Below are positions 1 to 15,172 of a DNA stretch of 64,000 nt, one piece after another. Position numbers and translations under genes: made by a program. This DNA comes from Eledone cirrhosa (Eukaryota): positions 74,214,001 through 74,278,000 of the forward strand of contig OZ024744.1 of assembly GCA_964016885.1 (NCBI GenBank), in the 5' to 3' direction. Position 1 is the first letter of the stretch. The number at the start of each line of letters is the position of its first letter. A model generated the notes under the pieces. The model saw nothing but the letters and a program-made list of their open reading frames with translations. It was not told the DNA's origin and made no database searches.

Positions 1-3000
1 AACCATGCTAGAATCTAGCTAGTTGAGATGGTATATCTTCTAAACCATCACAATCACTATTCACATATCAACCATGCAAGTGTCTAACTAGTTGAGATGG
101 TATAGCTGCTAAACCACCACAATCACTATTCACATTTCAACCATGCTAGAGTATAGGTAATTGAGATGGTATAGCTGCTAACCCATCACATTCACCTTTC
201 ATATATCAACCATGCTAAAGTCTAGCTAGTTGAGATGGTATAGCGGCTAAACCATCACAATCAACATTCATATATGAACCATGCTAGAATCTATCTAGAT
301 GAGATGGTATATCTGCTAAACCATCACATTCACTATTCACATATCAACCTTGCTAGAGTCTAGCTAGTTGAGATGGTATAGCTGCTAAATCATCACAATC
401 ACCATTCACATAATAACCATGCTAGAGTCTAGCTAGTTGAGATGTTATAGCTGCTAAACCATCACAATCACCTTTCACATTTCAACCATGCTAGAGTGTA
501 TCTAGTTGGGATGGTATAGCTACTAAACAATAACAATCTCCATTCACATATCAACCATGCTAGAGCCTAGCTAGTTGAGATGGTATAGCTACTAAACCAT
601 CACAATCATCATTCACATTTCAACCAAGCTAGAGTCTAGCTAGTTGAGATGGTATAGCTGCTAAACCATCACAATCACCATGCACATATCAACCATGCTA
701 GAATCTAGCGAGTTGAGATGGTATATCTTCTAAACCATCACAATGACTATTCATATATGAACCATGCTAGAGGCTATCTAGATGAGATGGTATAGCTGCT
801 AAACCATCACATTCACTATTCACATATCAACCGTGCTAGAGTCTAGCTAGTTGAGATGGTATAGCTGCTAAAGCATCACAATCACCATTCACATAATAAC
901 CATGCTTGAGTCTAGCTAGTTGAGATGGTATAGCTGCTAAACCATCACAATCACCTTTCACATTTCACCCATGCTAGAGTGTATCTAGTTGGGATGGTAT
1001 AGCTACTAAACAATAACAATCTCCATTCACATATCAACCATGCTAGAGTCTAGCTAGTTGAGATGGTATAGCTACTAAACCATCACAATCATCATTCACA
1101 TTTCAACCAAGCTAGAGTCTAGCTAGTTGAGATGGTATAGCTGCTAAACCATCACAATCACCATGCACATATCAACCATGCTAGAGTCTAATTAGTTGAG
1201 ATGATATAGCTACTAAACCATCACAATCACCATTCACATTTCAACCATGTTAGAGTCTAGCTAGTTGAGATGGTATAGCTGCTAAACCATCACAATCACT
1301 ATTCATATATCAACCATGTTAGAGTCTAGCTAGTTAAGATGGTATAGCTGCTAAACCATCACAATCACTATTCATATATCAACCATGCTAGACTCTAGAT
1401 AGTTGAGATGGATTAGCTGCTAAACAATCACAATCACCATTCACGTATCAACCATGATAGAGTCTAGCAAGTTGAGATGGTATAGATGCTAAACCACCAC
1501 AATCACTATTCACGTTTCAACCAAACTAGAGACTAGGTAGTTGAGATGGTATAGCTGTTAAACCATCACAATCACTATTCACATATCAACCATGCTAGAG
1601 TCTAGATAGTTGAGATGGTATAGCTGCTAAACCATCACAATCACCATTCACATTTAAACCATGCTAGAGTATAGCTAGTTCAGATTGTATAGCTGCTAAA
1701 CCATCAGAATCAACATTCATATATCAACGATGCTAGACTCTAGCTAGTGGAGATGGTATAGCTGCTAAACCACCACAATCACTATTCACATTTCAACCAT
1801 GCTAGAGTCTAGCTAGTTGAGATGGTAAAGCTGCTAAACAATCACAATCACTATTCACATTTCAACTATGATAGAGTCTAGCTAGTTGAGATGGTAGAGC
1901 TGCTAAACCATCACAATCACTATTTATATATCAACCATGCTAGAGTCTAGCTAGTTGAGATGGTATAGCTGCTAAACCATCACAATCACTATTATTATAT
2001 CAACCATGCTAGTCTCTAGCTAGTTGAGATTGATTAGCTGCTAAACCATCACAATCACCATTCACATATCAACCATGCTAGAGTCTAGATAGTTGAGATG
2101 GTAAAGCTGCTAAACCATCATAATCACCATTCACATTTAAACCATGCTAGAGTATAGCTAGTTCAGATTGTATAGCTGCTAAACGATCACAATCACCATT
2201 CATATATCAACGATGCTAGAGTCTAGCTTGTTGAGATGGTATAGCGGCTAAACCATCACAATCACCATTCATATATCAAGCATGCTAGAGTCTCTCTAGA
2301 TGAGATGGTATAGCTGCTAAACCATCACATTCACTATTCACATATCAACCGTGCTAGAGTCTACCTAGTTGAGATGGTATAGCTGCTAAAGCAACACTAT
2401 CACCATTCACATAATAACCATGCTAGAGTCTAGCTAGTTGAGATGGTATAGCTGCTAAACCATCACAATCACCTTTCACATTTCAACCATGCTAGAGTGT
2501 ATCTAGTTGGGATGGTATAGCTACTAAACAATCACAATCACCATTCACATATCAACTATGCTAGAGTCTAGCTAGTTGAGAAGGTATATCTGCTAAACCA
2601 TCGCAATCATTATTCACATACCAACCATGCTAGAGTCTAGCTAGTTGATATGGTATAGCTTCTAAACCATCACAATCACCATTCACATATCAACCATGCT
2701 AGAGTCTAGCTAGTTGAGATGGTATAGCTACTAAACTATCACAATCACCATTCACATTTCAACCAAGCTAGAGTCTAGCTAGTTGAGATGGTATATCTGC
2801 TAAACCATCACAATCACCATTCACATACCAACCATGCTAGAGTCTAGCTAGTTGAGATGGTATAGCTGCTAAACCACCACAATCACCATTCATATATCAA
2901 CCATGCTTGAATCTCGCGAGTTGCGATGGTATATCTGCTAAACCATCACAATCACTATTCACATATCAGACATGCAAGAGTCTAGCTAGTTGAGATGGTA

Positions 3001-6000
3001 TAGCTGCTAAACCACCACAATCACCTTTCACATTTCAACCATTCTAGTGTCTATCTAGTTGGGATGGTATAGCTACTAAACAATCACAATCACCATTCAC
3101 ATATCAACCATGCTAGAGTCTAGCTAGTTGAGATGGTATAGCTACTAAACCATCACAATCACCATGCACATATCAACCATGCTAGAATCTAGCTAGTTGA
3201 GATGGTATATCTTCTAAACCATCACAATCACTATTCATATATGAACCATGCTAGAGGCTATCTAGATGAGATGGTATAGCTGCTAAACCATCACATTCAC
3301 TATTCACATATCAACCGTGCTAGAGTCTAGCTAGTTGAGATGGTATAGCTGCTAAAGCATCACAATCACCATTCACATAATAACCATGCTTGAGTCTAGC
3401 TAGTTGAGATGGTATAGCTGCTAAACCATCACAATCACCATTCACATTTCAACCATGTTAGAGTCTAGCTAGTTGAGATGGTATAGCTGCTAAACCATCA
3501 CAATCACTATTCATATATCAACCATGCTAGACTCTAGATAGTTGACATGGATTAGCTGCTAAACAATCACAATCACCATTCATGTATCAATCATGCTAGA
3601 GTCTAGCTAGTTGAGATGGTATAGCTGCTAAACCACCACAATCACTATTCACGTTTCAACCAAACTAGAGACTAGGTAGTTGAGATGGTATAGCTGTTAA
3701 AACATTACAATCACTATTCACATATCAACCATGCTAGAGTCTAGATAGTTGAGATGGTATAGCTGCTAAACCATCACAATCACCATTCACATTTAAACCA
3801 TGCTAGAGTATAGCTAGTACAGATTGTATAGCTGCTAAACCATCACAATCACCATTCATATATCAACGATGCTAGACTCTAGCTAGTGGAGATGGTATAG
3901 CTGCTAAACCACCACAATCACTATTCACATTTCAACCAAGCTAGAGACTAGGTAGTTGAGATGGTATAGCTGTTAAACCATCATAATCACTATTCACATA
4001 TCAACCATGCTAGAGTCTAGCTAGTTGAGATGGTAAAGCTGCTAAACAATCACAATCACTATTCACATTTCAACTATGATAGAGTCTAGCTAGTTGAGAT
4101 GGTAGAGCTGCTAAACCATCACAATCACTATTTATATATCAACCATGCTAGAGTCTAGCTAGTTGAGATGATATAGCTGCTAAACCATCACAATCACTAT
4201 TCATATATCAACCATGCTAGTCTCTAGCTAGTTGAGATTGATTAGCTGCTAAACCATCACAATCACCATTCACATTTCAACCATGCTAGAGACTAGGTAG
4301 TTGAGATGGTATAGCTGTTAAACCATCACAATCACTATTCACATATCAACCATGCTAGAGTCTAGATAGTTGAGATTGTAAAGCTGCTAAACCATCATAA
4401 TCACCATTCACATTTAAACCATGCTAGAGTATAGCTAGTTTAGATTGTATAGCTGCTAAACGATCACAATCACCATTCATATATCAACGATGCTAGAGTC
4501 TAGCTTGTTGAGATGGTATAGCGGCTAAACCATCACAATCACCATTCATATATCAAGCATGCTAGAGTCTATCGAGTTGAGATGGTATAGCTGCTAAACC
4601 ATCACATTCACTATTCACATATCAACCGTGCTAGAGTCTACCTAGTTGAGATGGTATAGCTGCTAAAGCAACACTATCACCATTCACATAATAACCATGC
4701 TAGAGTCTAGCTAGTTGAGATGGTATAGCTGCTAAACCATCACAATCACCTTTCACATTTCAACCATGCTAGAGTGTATCTAGTTGGGATGGTATAGCTA
4801 CTAAACAATCACAATCACCATTCACATATCAACTATGCTAGAGTCTAGCTAGTTGAGAAGGTATATCTGCTAAACCATCGCAATCATTATTCACATACCA
4901 ACCATGCTAGAGTCTAGCTAGTTGATATGGTATAGCTTCTAAACCATCACAATCACCATTCACATATCAACCATGCTAGAATCTAGCTAGTAGAGATGGT
5001 ATAGCTGCTAAACCATCACAATCACCATTCACATATCAACCATGCTAGAGTCTAGCTAGTTGAGATGGTATAGCTACTAAACTATCACAATCACCATTCA
5101 CATTTCAACCAAGCTAGAGTCTAGCTAGTTGAAATGGTATAGCTGCTAAACCATCACAATCACCATTCACATATCAACCATGCTAAAGTCTATCTAGTTG
5201 AGATGGTATAGCTACTAAACCATCACAATCACCATTCAAATATCAACCATGCTAAAGTCTAGCTAGTTGAGATGGTATGGCTGCTAAACCATCACAATCA
5301 CTATTCAGGTATCAATCAGGTTACACTCTAGCTAGTTGAGATGGTATAGCTGCTAATCTATCACAATCACCTTTCACATTTCAACCATGCTAGAGTGTAT
5401 CTAGTTGGGATGGTATAGCTACTAAACAATAACAATCTCCATTCACATATCAACCATGCTAGAGTCTAGCTAGTTGAGATGGTATAGCTGCTAAACCATC
5501 ACAATCACCATGCACATATCAACCATGCTAGAGTCTAATTAGTTGAGATGATATAGCTACTAAACCATCACAATCACCATTCACATTTCAACCATGTTAG
5601 AGTCTAGCTAGTTGAGATGGTATAGCTGCTAAACCATCAAAATCACTATTCATATATCAACCATGCTAGAGTCTAGCTAGTTAAGATGGTATAGCTGCTA
5701 AACCATCACAATCACTCTTCATATATCAACCATGCTAGACTCTAGATAGTTGAGATGGATTAGCTGCTAAACAATCACAATCACCATTCACGTATCAACC
5801 ATGCTAGAGACTAGGTAGTTGAGATGGTATAGCTGTTAAAACATTACAATCACTATTCACATATCAACCATGCTAGAGTATAGCTAGTTCAGATTGTATA
5901 GCTGCTAAACCATCACAATCACCATTCATATATCAACGATGCTAGACTCTAGCTAGTGGAGATGGTATAGCTGCTAAACCACCACAATCACTATTCACAT

Positions 6001-9000
6001 TTCAACCAAGCTAGAGACTAGGTAGTTGAGATGGTATAGCTGTTAAACCATCATAATCACTATTCACATATCAACCATGCTAGAGTCTAGCTAGTTGAGA
6101 TGGTAAAGCTGCTAAACAATCACAATCACTATTCACATTTCAACTATGATAGAGTCTAGCTAGTTGAGATGGTAGAGCTGCTAAACCATCACAATCACTA
6201 TTTATATATCAACCATGCTAGAGTCTAGCTAGTTGAGATGGTATAGCTGCTAAACCATCACAATCACTATTCATATATCAACCATGCTAGTCTCTAGCTA
6301 GTTGAGATTGATTAGCTGCTAAACCATCACAATCACCATTCACATTTCAACCATGCTAGAGACTAGGTAGTTGAGATGGTATAGCTGTTAAACCATCACA
6401 ATCACTATTCACATATCAACCATGCTAGAGTCTAGATAGTTGAGATGGTAAAGCTGCTAAACCATCATAATCACCATTCACATTTAAACCATGCTAGAGT
6501 ATAGCTAGTTCAGATTGTATAGCTGCTAAACGATCACAATCACCATTCATTTATCAACGATGCTAGAGTCTAGCTTGTTGAGATGGTATAGCGGCTAAAC
6601 CATCACAATCACCATTCATATATCAAGCATGCTAGAGTCTATCTAGATGAGATGGTATAGCTGCTAAACCATCACATTCACTATTCACATATCAACCGTG
6701 CTAGAGTCTACCTAGTTGAGATCGTATAGCTGCTAAAGCAACACTATCACCATTCACATAATAACCATGCTAGAGTCTAGCTAGTTGAGATGGTATAGCT
6801 GCTAAACCATCACAATCACCTTTCACATTTAAACCATGCTAGAGTGTATCTAGTTGGGATGGTATAGCTACTAAACAATCAAAATCACCATTCACATATC
6901 AACTATGCTAGAGTCTAGCTAGTTGAGAAGGTATATCTGCTAAACCATCGCAATCATTATTCACATACCAACCATGCTAGAGTCTAGCTAGTTGATATGG
7001 TATAGCTTCTAAACCATCACAATCACCATTCACATATCAACCATGCTAGAATCTAGCTAGTTGAGATGGTATAGCTGCTAAACCATCACAATCACCATTC
7101 ACATATCAACCATGCTAGAGTCTAGCTAGTTGAGATGGTATAGCTACTAAACTATCACAATCACCATTCACATTTCAACCAAGCTAGAGTCTAGCTAGTT
7201 GAGATGGTATAGCTGCTAAACCATCACAATCACCATTCACATATCAACCATGCTAGAGTCTATCTAGTTGAGATGGTATAGCTACTAAACCATCACAATC
7301 ACCATTCAAATATCAACCATGCTAAAGTCTAGCTAGTTGAGATGGTATGGCTGCTAAACCATCACAATCACTATTCAGGTATCAATCAGGTTACACTCTA
7401 GCTAGTTGAGGTGGTATAGCTGCTAATCTATCACAATCACCTTTCACATTTCAACCATTCTAGAGTGTAGCTAGTTGAGATAGTATAGCTGCTAAACCAT
7501 CACAATCACCATTCACACATCAACCATGCTAGAGTCTATCAAGTTGAGATGGTATAGCTACTAAACCATCACAATCACCATTCACATATCAACCATGCAA
7601 GACTCTAGATAGTTGAGATGGATTAGCTGCCAAACCATCACAATCACCATTCATGTATCAACCATGCTAGAGTCTAGCTAGTTGAGATGGTATAGCTGCT
7701 AAACAATCACAATCATCAATCACATATCAACCATGCTAGAGTCTAGCTAGTTGAGACGGTATAGCTGCCAAACCATCACAATCACAATTCACATATCAAC
7801 CATGCTAGAGTCTAGCTAGTTGAGATGGTATAGCTGCTAAACCACCACAATCACCATTCATATATCAACCATGCTAGAATCTAGCTAGTTGAGATGGTAT
7901 ATCTTCTAAACCATCACAATCACTATTCACATATCAACCATGCAAGAGTCTAAATAGTTGAGATGGTATAGCTGCTAAACCACCACAATCACTATTCACA
8001 TTTCAACCATGCTTAAGTCTAGCTAGTTGAGGTGGTATAGCGGCTAAACCATCACAATCAACATTCATATATGAACCATGCTAGAGTCTATCTAGATGAG
8101 ATGGTATATCTGCTAAACCATCACATTCACTATTCACATATCAACCTTGCTAGAGTCTAGCTAGTTGAGATGGTATAGCTGCTAAATCATCACCATCACC
8201 ATTCACATAATAACCATGCTAGAGTCTAGCTAGTTGAGATGTTATAGCTGCTAAACCATGACAATCACCTTTCACATTTCAACCATGCTAGAGTGTATCT
8301 AGTTGAGATGGTATAGCTGCTAAAGCATCACAATCACCATGCACATATCAACCATGCTAGAGTCTAATTAGTTGAGATGATATAGCTACTAAACCATCAC
8401 AATCACCATTCACATTTCAACCATGTTAGAGTCTAGCTAGTTGAGATGGTATAGCTGCTAAACCATCACAATCACTATTCATATATCAATCATGCTAGAG
8501 TCTAGCTAGTTAAGATGGTATAGCTGCTAAACCATCACAATCACTATTCATATATCAACCATGCTAGACTCTAGATAGTTGAGATGGATTAGCTGCTAAA
8601 CAATCACAATCACCATTCACGTATCAACCATGCTAGAGTCTAGCTAGTTGAGATGGTATAGCTGCTAAACCACCACAATCACTATTCACGTTTCAACCAA
8701 ACTAGAGACTAGGTAGTTGAGATGGTATAGCTGTTAAACCATCACAATCACTATTCACATATCAACCATGCTAGAGTCTAGATAGTTGAGATGGTATAGC
8801 TGCTAAACCATCACAATCACCATTCACATTTAAACCATGCTAGAGTATAGCTAGTTCAGATTGTATAGCTGCTAAACCATCACAATCACCATTCATATAT
8901 CAACGATGCTAGACTCTAGCTAGTGGAGATGGTATAGCTGCTAAACCACCACAATCACTATTCACATTTCAACCAAGCTAGAGACTAGGTAGTTGAGATG

Positions 9001-10005
9001 GTATAGCTGTTAAACCATCATTATCACTATTCACATATCAACCATGCTAGAGTCTAGCTAGATGAGATGGTAAAGCTGCTAAACAATCACAATCACTATT
9101 CACATTTCAACTATGATAGAGTCTAGCTAGTTGAGATGGTAGAGCTGCTAAACCATCACAACCACTATTTATATATCAACCATGCTAGAGTCTAGCTAGT
9201 TGAGATGGTATAGCTGCTAAACCATCACAATCACTATTCATATATCAACCATGCTAGTCTCTAGCTAGTTGAGATTGATTAGCTGCTAAACCATCACAAT
9301 CACCATTCACATTTCAACCATGCTAGAGACTAGGTAGTTGAGATGGTATAGCTGTTAAACCATCACAATCACTATTCACATATCAACCATGCTAGAGTCT
9401 AGATAGTTGAGATGGTAAAGCTGCTAAACCATCATAATCACCATTCACATTTAAACCATGCTAGAGAATAGCTAGTTCAGATTGTATAGCTGCTAAACGA
9501 TCACAATCACCATTCATATATCAACGATGCTAGAGTCTAGCTTGTTGAGATGGTATAGCGGCTAAACCATCACAATCACCATTCATATATCAAGCATGCT
9601 AGAGTCTACCTAGATGAGATGGTATAGCAGCTAAACCATCACATTCACTATTCACATATCAACCGTGCTAGAGGCTAGCTAGTTGAGATGGTAAAGCTGC
9701 TAAACAATCACAATCACTATTCACATTTCAACCATGCTAGAGTCTACCTAGTTGAGATGGTATAGCTGCTAAAGCAACACTATCACCATTCACATAATAA
9801 CCATGCTAGAGTCTAGCTAGTTGAGATGGTATAGCTGCTAAACCATCACAATCAGCTTTCACATTTCAACCATGCTAGAGTGTATCTAGTTGGGATGGTA
9901 TAGCTACTAAACAATCACAATCACCATTCACATATCAACTATGCTAGAGTCTAGCTAGTTGAGATGGTATAGCTGCTAAACCATCACAATCACCATTCAC
10001 ATATC
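1..10005. repeat. Domain of irregular higher-order repeats with periods of about 30-44 monomers
   Basis: Marker GTGGAGATGG at 1747, 3886, 5956, 8923 (spacings 31, 30, 43 x 69). Marker GCAACACTATC at 2391, 4668, 6738, 9774 (33, 30, 44 x 69). A 7-monomer spacing is visible near the start (TTGGGATGG at 506 and 989). Confidence 0.85.
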
Positions 10006-13000
10006 AACCATGCTAGAGGCTAGCTAGTTGAGATGGTAAAGCTGCTAAACAATCACAATCACTATTCACATTTCAACCATGCTAGAGTCTAACGAGTTGA
10101 GATGCTATAGCTGCTAATCCATCACAATCACTATTCATATAACAACCATGCTAGACTCTAGCTAGTTGAGATGGATTAGCTGCTAAACCATCACAATAAC
10201 CATTCATGTATCAACCATGCTAGAGTCTAGCTAGTTGAGATGGTATAGCTGCTAAACAATCACAATCATCATTCACTTATCAACCATGCTAGAGTCTAGC
10301 TAGTTGAGATGGTATAGCTGCTAAACCATCACAGTCACAATTCATATATCAACCATGCTAGAGTCTAGCTAGTTGAGATGGTATAGCTGGTAAACCTTCA
10401 CAATCGCTATTCATATATCAACCATGCTAGAGTCTAGATAGTTGAGAAGGTATAGCTGCTAAACCATCACAATCATTATTCACATACAAACCATGCTAGA
10501 GTCTAGCTAGTTGATATGGTATAGCTGCTAAACCATCACAATCACCATTCACATATCAACCATGCTAGAGGCTAGCTAGTTGAGATGGTATAGCTGCTAA
10601 CCCATCACAATCACTATTCATATATCAACCATGCAAGACTCTAGCTAGTTGAGATGGATTAGCTGCCAAACCATCACAATCACCATTCATGTATCAACCA
10701 TGCTAGAGTCTAGCTAGTTGAGATGGTATAGCTGCTAAACAATCACAATCATCATTCACATATCAACCATGCTAGAGTCAAGCTAGTTGAGACGGTATAG
10801 CTGCCAAACCATCACAATCACAATTCACATATCAACCATGCTAGAGTCTAGCTAGTTGAGATGGTATAGCTGCTAAACCACCACAATCACCATTCATATA
10901 TGAACCATGCTAGAATCTAGCTAGTTGAGATGGTATATCTTCTAAACCATCACAATCACTATTCACATATCAACCATGCCAGAGTCTAACTAGTTGAGAT
11001 GGTATAGCTGCTAAACCACCACAATCACTATTCACATATCAACCATGCTAGAGGCTAGCTAGTTGAGATGGTAAAGCTGCTAAACAATCACAATCACTAT
11101 TCACATTTCAACCATGCTAGAGTCTAGCTAGTTGAGATGCTATAGCTGCTAACACATCACAATCACTATTCATATAACAACCATGCTAGACTCTAGCTAG
11201 TTGAGATGGATTAGCTGCTAAACCACCACAATAACCATTCATGTATCAACCATGCTAGAGTCTAGCTAGTTGAGATGGTATAGCTGCTAAACAATCACAA
11301 TCATCATTCACTTATCAACCATGCTAGAGTCTAGCTAGTTGAGATGGTATAGCTGCTAAACCATCACAGTCACAATTCATATATCAACCGTGCTAGAGTC
11401 TAGCTAGTTGAGATGGTATAGCTACTAAACCATCACAATCACCATTCACATTTCAAGCACGCTAGAGTCTAGCTAATTGAGATGGTATAGCTGCTAAACC
11501 ATCACAATCACCATTCACATATCAACCATGCTAGAGTCTAGCTAGTTGAGATGGTATAGCTGGTAAACCTTCACAATCACTATTCATATATCAACCATGC
11601 TAGAGTCTAGATAGTTGAGAAGGTATAGCTGCTAAACCATCACAATCATTATTCACATACAAACCATGCTAGAGTCTAGCTAGTTGATATGGTATAGCTG
11701 CTAAACCATCACAATCACCATTCACATATCAACCATGCTAGAGGCTAGCTAGTTGAGATGGTATAGCTGCTAACCCATCACAATCACTATTCATATATCA
11801 ACCATGCAAGACTCTAGCTAGTTTAGATGGATTAGCTGCCAAACCATCACAATCACCATTCATGTATCAACCATGCTAGAGTCTAGCTAGTTGAGATGGT
11901 ATAGCTGCTAAACAATCACAATCATCATTCACATATCAACCATGCTAGAGTCAAGCTAGTTGAAACGGTATAGCTGCCAAACCATCACAATCACAATTCA
12001 CATATCAACCATGCTAGAGTCTAGCTAGTTGAGATGGTATAGCTGCTAAACCACCACAATCACCATTCATATATGAACCATGCTAGAATCTAGCTAGTTG
12101 AGATGGTATATCTTCTAAACCATCACAATCACTATTCACATATCAACCATGCCAGAGTCTAACTAGTTGAGATGGTATAGCTGCTAAACCACCACAATCA
12201 CTATTCACATTTCAACCATGCTAGAGACTAGGTAGTTGAGATGGTATAGCTGCTAACCCATCACAATCACCATTCACATATCAACCATGCTAAAGTCTAG
12301 CTAGTTGAGATGGTATAGCGGCTAAACCATCACAATCACCATTCATATATGAACCATGCTAGAGTCTATCTAGATGAGATGGTATAGCTGCTAAACCATC
12401 ACATTCACTATTCACATATCAACCGTGCTAGAGTCTAGCTAGTTGAGATGGTATAGCTGCTAAAGCTTCACAATCACCATTCACATAATAACCATGCTAG
12501 AGTCTAGCTAGTTGAGATGGTATAGCTGCTAAACCATCACAATCACCTTTCACATTTCAACCATGCTAGAGTGTATCTAGTTGGGATGGTATAGCTACTA
12601 AACAATAACAATCTCCATTCACATATCAACCATGCTAGAGTCTAGCTATTTGAGATGGTGTAGCTGCTAAACCATCACAATCACCATTCACATATCAACC
12701 ATGCTAGAGTCTAATTAGTTGAGATGATATAGCTACTAAACCATCACAATCACCATTCGCATATCAACCATGCTAGAGTCTAGCTAGTTGAGATGGTATA
12801 GCTACTAAACCATCACAATCACTATTCATATATCAACCATGCTAGACTCTAGCTAGTTGAGATGGATAAGCTGCTAAATCATCACAATCACCATTCATTT
12901 ATCAACCATGCTAGAGTCTAGCTAGTTGAGAATGTATACATGCTAAACCATCACAATCACAATTCACATATCAACCATGCTAGAGTCTAGCTAGTTGAGA

Positions 13001-15086
13001 TGGTATAGCTGCTAAACCACCACAATCACTATTCACATTTCAACCATGCTAGAGACTAGGTAGTTGAGATGGTATAGCTGTTAAAACATCACGATCACAA
13101 TTCACATATCAATCATGCTAGAGTCTAGATAGTTGAGATGGTATGGCTGCTAACGCATCACAATCCCCATTCACATATCAACCATGCTAAAGTCTAGCTA
13201 GTTGAGATGGTATAGCGGCTAAACCATCACGATCACCATTCATATATCAACCATGCTAGAGTCTATCTAGATGAGATGGTATAGCTGCTAACCTATCACA
13301 TTCACTATTCACATATCAACCGTGCTAGAGTCTAGCTAGTTGAGATTGCATATCTGCTAAAGCATCACAATCACCATTCACATAATAACCATGCTAGAGT
13401 CTAGCTAGTTCAGATGGTATAGCTGCTAAACCATCACAATCACCTTTCACATTTCAACCATGCTAGAGTCTAGCTAGTTGAGATGGTATAGCTACTAAAC
13501 CATCACAATCACCATTCACATTTCAACCAAGCTAGAGTCTAGCTAGTTGAGATGGTATAGCTGCTAAACCATCACAATCACCATGCACATATCAACCATG
13601 CTAGAGTCTAATCAGTTGAGATGATATAGCTACTAAACCATCACAATCACCATTCGCATATCAACCATGCTAGAGTCTAGCTAGTTGAGATGGTAAAGCT
13701 GCTAAACAAACAATCACAATCACTATTCACATTTCAACCATGTTAGAATCTAGCTAGTTGAGATGGTTTAGCTGCTAAACCATCACAATCACTATTCATA
13801 TATCAACCATGCTAGAGTCCAGCTAGTTGAGATGGTATAGCTGCTAAACCATCACAATCACTATTCATATATCAACCATGCTAGACTCTAGCTAGTTGAG
13901 ATGGATTAGCTGCTAAACAGTCACAATCACCATTCACGTATCAACCATGCTAGAGTCTAGCTAGTTGAGATGGTATAGCTGCTAAACCAACACAATCACT
14001 ATTCACGTTTCAACCAAGCTAGAGACTAGGTAGTTGAGATGGTATAGCTGTTAAACCATCACACTCACTATTCACATATCAACCGTGCTAGAGCCTAGCT
14101 AGTTGAGATGGTATAGCTGCTAAAGCATCACGATCATCATTCACATAATCACCATGCTAGAGTCTAGCTAGTTGAGATTATATAGCTGCTAAACCATCAC
14201 AATCACCATTCATATATCAACCATGCTAGAGTGTATCTAGTTGGGATGGTATATCTACTAAACAATCACAATCACCATTCACATATCAACCATGCTAGAG
14301 TCTAGCTAGTTGAGATGGTAAAGCTGCTAAACAATCACAATCACTATTCACATATCAACCATGCTAGAGTCTAGATAGTTGAGATGGTATAGCTGCTAAA
14401 CCATCACAATCACCATTAACATTTCAACCATGCTAGAGTATAGCTAGTCCAGATTGTATAGCTGTTAAATCATCACAATCACCATGCATATATCAACCAT
14501 GCTAGAGTATATATAGATGTGATGGTATAGCTGCTAAACCATCACAATCACCATTCATGTATTAACCATGCTAGAGTCTAGCTAGTTGAGATGGTATAGC
14601 TACTAAACAAATCAATCACTATTCACATTTCAAACATGCTAGAGTCTAGCTAGTTTATATGGTATAGCTGCTAAACCTTCACAATCACTATTCACATATC
14701 ATCAACCATGCTAGAGTCTAACTAGTTGATATGGTATAGCTGCTAAACCAGCACAATCACCATTCACATTTCAACCATGCTAGAGTATAGCTAGTTCAGA
14801 TTGTATAGCTGCTAAACCATCACAATCACCATTCATATATCAACCATGCTAAAGTCTAGCTAGTTGAGATGGTATAGCTACTAAACAAACACAATCACTA
14901 TTCACATTTCAAACATGCTAGAGTCTAGCTAGTTGATATGGTATAGCTGCGATACCATCACAATCACCATTCACATATCAACCTTGCTAGAGTCTAGCTA
15001 GTTGAGATGGTATAGCGGCTAAACCATCACAATCACCATTCATATATCAACCATGCTAGAGTCTCGCTAGTTGAGATGGTATAGCT

Positions 15087-15172
15087 GCTAAACCATCACG
15101 TACACTATTCAGATATCAACCATGCTAGAGTCTAGCTAGTTGATATCTGAATAGTGAACGTGATGGTTTAGC
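15087..15172. repeat. Inverted repeat, 34-bp arms with 18-nt spacer (copy 1, one mismatch)
   Basis: 15087-15120 is the reverse complement of 15139-15172 except at 15102. Confidence 0.95.

Noticed and set aside
15087-15172. MITE or transposon insertion, or a rho-independent terminator, at the hairpin
   Set aside because: Both arms are satellite-derived. There is no target-site duplication, foreign internal sequence or U-tract.
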